Source: Candidatus Gottesmanbacteria bacterium
GTDB lineage: Bacteria; Patescibacteriota; Microgenomatia; UBA10105; UBA927
NCBI GenBank assembly: GCA_963714095.1
Contig: OY970230.1
Coordinates: 198,206 to 262,205, forward strand
Length of the DNA: 64,000 nt
Direction of reading: 5' to 3'
Shown here: positions 58,873 through 64,000 of the stretch, piece after piece
Layout: the number at the start of each line of letters is the position of its first letter
Numbering within the stretch: position 1 is the stretch's first letter
Program-made: the position numbers and the translations under genes
Notes under the pieces: generated by a model
Seen by the model: only the letters and a program-made list of their open reading frames with translations
Database searches by the model: none
What the model was told of the DNA's origin: nothing

Positions 58873-60336
58873 CTAGCGCCATTCCTCTGTTTGCCTGTAT
58901 ATCTCACTGGAGTTGATACGTTGATACCCCGCCTTACTAAGCTCTGCACTTGAACTGCCGGACAAATCCAAAAAAGACGTGCCCCCTATACGAAATGATT
59001 GCCGATTTTCAACATTATTTGATGGTATCATATTCATTCCGATTTTAATTCCTGCCTCACCTGCCCGCCCTTCCGCCTCCAGGAACAGCTCTAGGGCTAA
59101 GGGTAAAGGATATTGAGCTTTATAATCATACAAAGCAATGTGTTTTCCTGGGTACCGTGAATATAACGATGTTTTCCAAATCTTAACTAATTGATCTACC
59201 ACATTAACTTTTCCTGTAATCTCTCTACAATCGGATGTAAAGCTCATTATAACAACGAATAGACAAACTAGAATTCCCAGGAATCGAGATTTCATAAATA
59301 TCTTATAAACTACCCAGGCGGAAAGGGTGAGGATAAATGGCTGAAGAAATACCGTATAGCTATCGAATAAAGGAACGTGTGAGTAGCGGAGCATACCTAA
59401 AATTCCGAAAAAAGAACAAATAATTACAATAAATTCAGCAACAATTTTTTTTCTGATGCATCCATATATAAATAACACCGAGACCAATATCATAAAGCCT
59501 GCTCCTATAAATTGATTGCCTCCGATTATTCTTCCCCATGTCGTTGGCCAATAAATTGTAAGGTATGTCAACCATCTTCTTCCTAAAGCTTCCAGTGGTA
59601 TGCGATACTGATCAAAACGGATGTAATAGATCATATTTCTCATATTAACGAACCCGTTCCGTATATCGAATAGTAATATCGGTAATGCACCAATAATACC
59701 GCCTGCGAGTAACAAAAGAACATTTGATACGTGAAATTTTTTCTCCGTGATTTGTGCGATTAAAACACAAATTCCGAGGATAAAAAGACCGCTACCCTGA
59801 AGATGAAAAGACGCACCCGTTGAAATCAAAAAACCTAATGCAAAGATATAACGGTTCTTACCTGATCGTAAAAAACGAACAACTGACCATAATGCGAATA
59901 TCGATATTATTGCCAAGGGAGATTCATTTGTCAGGCTGACTGATTGAGCGATTTGAGCGGTTGATACCGCGCTAAATAATCCCAATAAAATTCCAAACTT
60001 CGTATCAATTAACTCTGTACCAAACTGAATCATCAAGTAAACAAAAAAAACATATATCAAAGTCAAAACTATCCAGGGAGTTAAGACAGAAGCCGGATAT
60101 AACGCGGTTGCCGCCATAATAAACCAATACCACTGACCACCTGTTTGAAATGGTCCAGCTGACGAAAAAGGTCCGAGAAGCGGAATTTTATGTTCAGCGA
60201 GAGCCGCACGGGCAACAAGAGCGTCATGAGCTTGATCATACCCGAGCTCCCAACGATTACCATAATCGTAAAACCTCAAAATAAATGCCAAGAGAACAAT
60301 GCCTACTGTAACGATAATTATGCTATGTTTCTTCAT
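58873..60336 (-). CDS. Polytopic membrane protein, candidate GT-C glycosyltransferase (ArnT/PMT-like)
   Basis: YDYGNRWELGYDQAHDALVARAAL motif after TM1, and more than 11 TM segments. Confidence 0.5.
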   Translation of the reverse strand: MKKHSIIIVTVGIVLLAFILRFYDYGNRWELGYDQAHDALVARAALAEHKIPLLGPFSSAGPFQTGGQWYWFIMAATALYPASVLTPWIVLTLIYVFFVYLMIQFGTELIDTKFGILLGLFSAVSTAQIAQSVSLTNESPLAIISIFALWSVVRFLRSGKNRYIFALGFLISTGASFHLQGSGLFILGICVLIAQITEKKFHVSNVLLLLAGGIIGALPILLFDIRNGFVNMRNMIYYIRFDQYRIPLEALGRRWLTYLTIYWPTTWGRIIGGNQFIGAGFMILVSVLFIYGCIRKKIVAEFIVIICSFFGILGMLRYSHVPLFDSYTVFLQPFILTLSAWVVYKIFMKSRFLGILVCLFVVIMSFTSDCREITGKVNVVDQLVKIWKTSLYSRYPGKHIALYDYKAQYPLPLALELFLEAEGRAGEAGIKIGMNMIPSNNVENRQSFRIGGTSFLDLSGSSSAELSKAGYQRINSSEIYRQTEEWR

Positions 60337-60352
60337 GAAGACTACACAGTTA

Positions 60353-61039
60353 CTAATTTATAAACCGGTATTTAATGATCGTCCAGAAAGCAATAATGCC
60401 GTCACGCCATGTCAGTTTTTTCCCTTCATTAAACTTTCTTCCGTAATAGGAAATAGGGACTTCATATATTTGGTACCCGTTTTTAAGTACTTTGACTGTA
60501 AGTTCCGGTTCGACATCAAACCGCTTGGCACGAATCGTGATTCCGTTCAGCACCCCATGCCGGAATACTTTGTAACAGGTTTCCATATCCGTGATATCGG
60601 TATTGAATAATATGTTTGTTACAAATGTCACAAATTTATTCCCCTGCGCATAAATGAACATAGTTGAAAGATGTGGGCCCAAAAATCGCGAGCCGTACAC
60701 CACATCAACGTGCGGGTTGTCAAATGGAGATAAAAGCACGGGGTAATCGTTCGGACTATATTCCAAATCCGCATCCTGAACCAAGATCACGTCTCCCGTA
60801 GCTTTTTTAAATCCGATGCTTAAGGCGTTTCCCTTTCCTTCATTTTTTTCTTTGTAAATAACACGTACCTTCTTCTCCCAGGATTTCAAAACCGTTTTTG
60901 TGCGGTCTTTTGATCCGTCATCAACAACAATTATTTCCTTTGACCAGCCGGGTATGGCAACCTTTTCGATCCGCTGAAGGATTTCGTTAATCGTATGTTC
61001 TTCGTTATACACGGGTACGATAACGGAAAGTTTTTTCAC
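60353..61039 (-). CDS. GT2 polyprenol-phosphate sugar synthase (Dpm1-like), soluble
   Basis: LSVIVPVYNEEHTI...IIVVDDGSKDRT...VQDADLE. 228 aa, no TM. Confidence 0.7.
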   Translation of the reverse strand: MKKLSVIVPVYNEEHTINEILQRIEKVAIPGWSKEIIVVDDGSKDRTKTVLKSWEKKVRVIYKEKNEGKGNALSIGFKKATGDVILVQDADLEYSPNDYPVLLSPFDNPHVDVVYGSRFLGPHLSTMFIYAQGNKFVTFVTNILFNTDITDMETCYKVFRHGVLNGITIRAKRFDVEPELTVKVLKNGYQIYEVPISYYGRKFNEGKKLTWRDGIIAFWTIIKYRFIN

Positions 61040-62076
61040 ACCAATGCCCTTTCATACGCCGCGACAGTCTCCACTACGACTCTTTTCCAGGTAAACTGTT
61101 TTACCCATACCAATTGACGCATCGCCTGAGCTCGTCTGTCGACAGTAAGCATTTTCTTTATGCCCGCAAGGATCTCTTCCGGTTTTGGTGACACCTGTAA
61201 CGCCGGCCCTGCTATCTCTTTGAGGCTTGAGGTATTTGTGCAAACAACCGGGCAACCGCAGGCCATAGCTTCCAGTACCGGCAGACCGAATCCCTCATAG
61301 TAAGAGGGTTGTACATAGACCGAAGCCATGGAGTAAAAACCAGCAAGATCAGCCAGAGGCACGTTTCCCGGACAAATAACCACGTGTTCCAAATCATGCT
61401 CAAGAATAAACTGATTGATTTCCTGCGTTTCGGTGAGCGTCTCGCAAAATGCTCGGCCGACAAGAACTAATTTATATTCTAATAATTCACTGTGTTGACG
61501 AAGCGCTGCAAAAGCCTGCAATAGCCCGATCACATTTTTATTCCAATTGACGTCCCCGACAAAAAGAATATATTGTTTTGGTAAGGCATATTTCTTTCGT
61601 ATAGCAGCTACTAATTTTGAATCGGTAACCGGATGATACATCGCGTCACGAGCTAAATAAACAGTATCGACAATCTCTTTTTTAACGCCTACAATCCGTA
61701 CAATATCATTTTTTGAAGCGTTTGAGTCAGCAATAATTCGACTCGCGCCTCGAAGTGACAATTTCTGGACCTGCCATTTGATGTTGCCGCGGATGCCTGC
61801 CGGAAATTTGTACGGGAACACCAGAGGAATAAGGTCGTGAACCGTCACCAAAGTCGGCTCCGGTTTAACCAGAGGCAACGTCAGGAAAAACGGGTCAAAA
61901 TACGGATAATGCACGATATCTGCATCGTCCGGCACACGCTGATGACCTGTAAAATAAATATATGTGTGCTGTTTTCCGTATTTTTCCAACCCATCAATAA
62001 GATTCTTCGTATACACACCGATCCCCCGTGCGCGATGCGCGGATTCCAAAGGAGTTATGTCTATTGCTACCTTCAT
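61036..62076 (-). CDS. Glycosyltransferase family 4
   Basis: MKVAIDITPLESAHRARGIGVYT...YVQPSYYEGFGLPVLEAMACGCPVV. Start set at the internal ATG, which forms an ATGA overlap with the upstream stop. The ORF to 62169 looks like a spurious extension. Confidence 0.75.
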   Translation of the reverse strand: MKVAIDITPLESAHRARGIGVYTKNLIDGLEKYGKQHTYIYFTGHQRVPDDADIVHYPYFDPFFLTLPLVKPEPTLVTVHDLIPLVFPYKFPAGIRGNIKWQVQKLSLRGASRIIADSNASKNDIVRIVGVKKEIVDTVYLARDAMYHPVTDSKLVAAIRKKYALPKQYILFVGDVNWNKNVIGLLQAFAALRQHSELLEYKLVLVGRAFCETLTETQEINQFILEHDLEHVVICPGNVPLADLAGFYSMASVYVQPSYYEGFGLPVLEAMACGCPVVCTNTSSLKEIAGPALQVSPKPEEILAGIKKMLTVDRRAQAMRQLVWVKQFTWKRVVVETVAAYERALV

Positions 62077-63641
62077 TGTAAAGAAGTATACCCTAAAATG
62101 ACCAGAACGGCCACGCTTATAACTGAAAGCGCATCCGCGACTTTTCGCACGGGCGTATCGGCAAACCACACGCGGATAGCGTGAGTTCCCTGCGGCACGG
62201 ATATATGTATGATGCCGTCACCTCTATAGTTGATGGGGACTTCTTTGCCGTCAACGGATGCTGTCCATCCGGGAAAATACAGCGTACTCACCGTTACAGT
62301 ACCGGCTTTGTCCATAAGGACGGTAAAATCCTTTTCCATGTACTCCCAACGAGTCTTCTGGGTCATCTGCCCGTTTTCAATTGCATACGGTGCTGCCGGC
62401 CGAGTAGTTTTCCATCCTGTCCAGATCGTCGAGAAACTGTTTCCCATAGACGAGGTTCCGTCGGTAAAATTCGGCCTTGCCAGGTAGTATGCCTCGTTTC
62501 GCGGTTCATAAAGAACCGGACGTGCGTAGGACGCGGCAAGCGCGACACTCAAAACAGCCAAGAATAACCCCCACCACGGACGTTTTAGTCTACTAGTCCA
62601 TACTGCCGCGCTGAAACCGGCAACCGGAATAACAAATGATAACAATCTCCAGGGGTATTGCACAAACGAGAGAGGCTTTATAAGCTCCCACAGAGGAGTA
62701 GAAATCGGCAACATAAAAACGATGCACAAACCGATGATACTCAAAAAATACGCAAATAATTTCGTGTAAGCGCTTTTTGGCTTACGCAACAAAACCCATA
62801 ATGCTCCTGCCATTGCCAACATCGGGGCTATTCCTATCTGTACGGACATGGCAGTACCAAAACTTCCGGTTCCTGAAAAACCTGTTCCCCAGGATGGAAT
62901 TAATAGTTCATACCAGTCAACAAAATATTGCCGGAAGTTCACGGTATTGAGACCCACAACATATTTGGATTCGATAAGTGCCGGCAGCCAGAAAAATGCG
63001 GAAAGTCCGATCCCACCAAGCATCCATAGGGCTCCTTTTTTATTCCGAATAAGAGCATACCCCAGTAAAAACGGCGTATAAAGCATCGCCATGATGTTGT
63101 GCGAAAGAATAAGGAGCCCATATACAATAGCGAACCAGAATAACTTTTTCTTTTCCAGCAGGTAAAAGCACAACAAAAGAAATGCAGTCGCCCAGACTTC
63201 ACCGATCGATCCGCGCACGTACATATCGACAAAAAGATACGGGACAAAGGCGGCAACGATTGATCCGACTGCGGACGGAAGGGCACCAAACAGGGTCAGT
63301 AGCCAGAGAAAAGCCGCCGCTGAGAGTGCTATATACCCCAAACCCATACTCATCTGAAATGCGTATACAGCATCATGAGTCAACATGCGCATAAATGAAC
63401 CGATATAGTCAGGCATGGGGTACTGATAATTAAAAATGGGTATCCCGTACCCGCTGTTCATATCCGGCGCCCATCGGGGAACTATGTATCCGGCTCCCAA
63501 CATCCGGGAAAATTCGACGATGCGGATAATATGATATTCACCGTCATGTGTCGGTATATACGCCTTACCAAACAGTGGACTGACCGCAAAAAAAATTGCC
63601 GCAATACATATGACGGCGGAGAGGACTACAGTTTTTTTCAT
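62073..63641 (-). CDS. Polytopic membrane protein (522 aa) with a C-terminal extracytoplasmic domain, candidate GT-C-like
   Basis: PTHDGEYHIIRIVEF motif after TM1, about 12 TM segments, and a C-terminal beta-rich domain with a final TM. Confidence 0.45.
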   Translation of the reverse strand: MKKTVVLSAVICIAAIFFAVSPLFGKAYIPTHDGEYHIIRIVEFSRMLGAGYIVPRWAPDMNSGYGIPIFNYQYPMPDYIGSFMRMLTHDAVYAFQMSMGLGYIALSAAAFLWLLTLFGALPSAVGSIVAAFVPYLFVDMYVRGSIGEVWATAFLLLCFYLLEKKKLFWFAIVYGLLILSHNIMAMLYTPFLLGYALIRNKKGALWMLGGIGLSAFFWLPALIESKYVVGLNTVNFRQYFVDWYELLIPSWGTGFSGTGSFGTAMSVQIGIAPMLAMAGALWVLLRKPKSAYTKLFAYFLSIIGLCIVFMLPISTPLWELIKPLSFVQYPWRLLSFVIPVAGFSAAVWTSRLKRPWWGLFLAVLSVALAASYARPVLYEPRNEAYYLARPNFTDGTSSMGNSFSTIWTGWKTTRPAAPYAIENGQMTQKTRWEYMEKDFTVLMDKAGTVTVSTLYFPGWTASVDGKEVPINYRGDGIIHISVPQGTHAIRVWFADTPVRKVADALSVISVAVLVILGYTSLQ

Positions 63642-64000
63642 ACCTTTCGTTTCGCAAGATACCGGAATCCGAGATATCCCGCATAGAAGACTAAAGGAAT
63701 GACGGTTAATCCGGAACGAAGAGCGGGCCCGGGTCCTTCATAATACCCCATCCACATATACGGAAGATTCCGTAGTTCCAAGGCAAATGAGAGTACTATC
63801 GTAAATCCCCACAAATACCGATGTGACGCAAACGGCAATAATGCTGCGGTTGCAACGAGCCATACTGCATACCATGGATACAATTCTTCGCGGATCGGGG
63901 CAACGATAAAAAAGACCGCTGCCAGAAAAATATATGCATATACGAGCATCCGTTCAAAAGAGACATTCCGGAAAAACAGAAGTGGCGCCAATACAACCGT
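63638..64000 (-). CDS. Membrane protein, partial (N-terminus outside the window)
   Basis: The frame stays open to the window edge (…TVVLAPLLFF). Three hydrophobic helices are visible. Confidence 0.4.
   Translation of the reverse strand, partial: TVVLAPLLFFRNVSFERMLVYAYIFLAAVFFIVAPIREELYPWYAVWLVATAALLPFASHRYLWGFTIVLSFALELRNLPYMWMGYYEGPGPALRSGLTVIPLVFYAGYLGFRYLAKRKV

Noticed and set aside
1-64000. CRISPR arrays, mobile elements or defence systems
   Set aside because: No regularly spaced direct repeats. No transposase, integrase, recombinase, cas, restriction-modification or toxin-antitoxin-like ORFs. No inverted terminal repeats were noticed flanking the AT-rich segment.
1-64000. UGA recoding (as in some reduced-genome lineages)
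   Set aside because: TGA terminates many ORFs exactly at conserved C-termini and forms the ATGA overlaps. Standard code 11 explains the gene structure.

Overview
This 64-kb window is almost entirely a single, very compact, minus-strand array of cell-envelope glycan biosynthesis genes. It is flanked at the low-coordinate end by housekeeping genes: a histidine-phosphatase (partial), glycyl-tRNA synthetase and a short RecO. I see no rRNA, tRNA, CRISPR array, transposase or integrase.

Main contents:
- **Wzx/Wzy-type pathway parts.** A PglC-type initiating sugar-phosphate transferase, a Wzx-like flippase, and a 997-aa fusion protein with an O-antigen-ligase/Wzy-like N-terminal domain.
- **Glycosyltransferases.** About 9 GT4 genes (one split into separate N- and C-domain ORFs, plus one orphan N-domain), 8 GT2 genes (two are small Dpm1-like polyprenol-phosphate-sugar synthases), and about a dozen large polytopic membrane proteins that look like GT-C-fold glycosyltransferases.
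- **Sugar-nucleotide enzymes.** ManC, GalE, a UDP-glucuronate decarboxylase-like enzyme, and a CDP-3,6-dideoxyhexose module (ddhA, ddhB, ddhC/E1, RfbE-like epimerase). A split transketolase, a lysine-type DegT aminotransferase, a second His-type (ColD-like) dehydratase and a GNAT acetyltransferase are interleaved with it.
- **Decorating enzymes.** Two hexapeptide O-acetyltransferases, one acyltransferase-3 and two SAM methyltransferases.

Genes are frequently coupled by ATGA start/stop overlaps. A visibly AT-richer segment (about 35.6–47 kb) carries three of the four plus-strand genes and looks like a mosaic insertion.

The most interesting hypotheses:
1. An unusual branched or amino-deoxy CDP-sugar made by the ddh/transketolase/aminotransferase block.
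2. An extracytoplasmic, polyprenol-phosphate-sugar-dependent glycosylation machinery built from many paralogous GT-C-like proteins.

All calls rest on reading motifs in the translated ORFs. No database search was possible.
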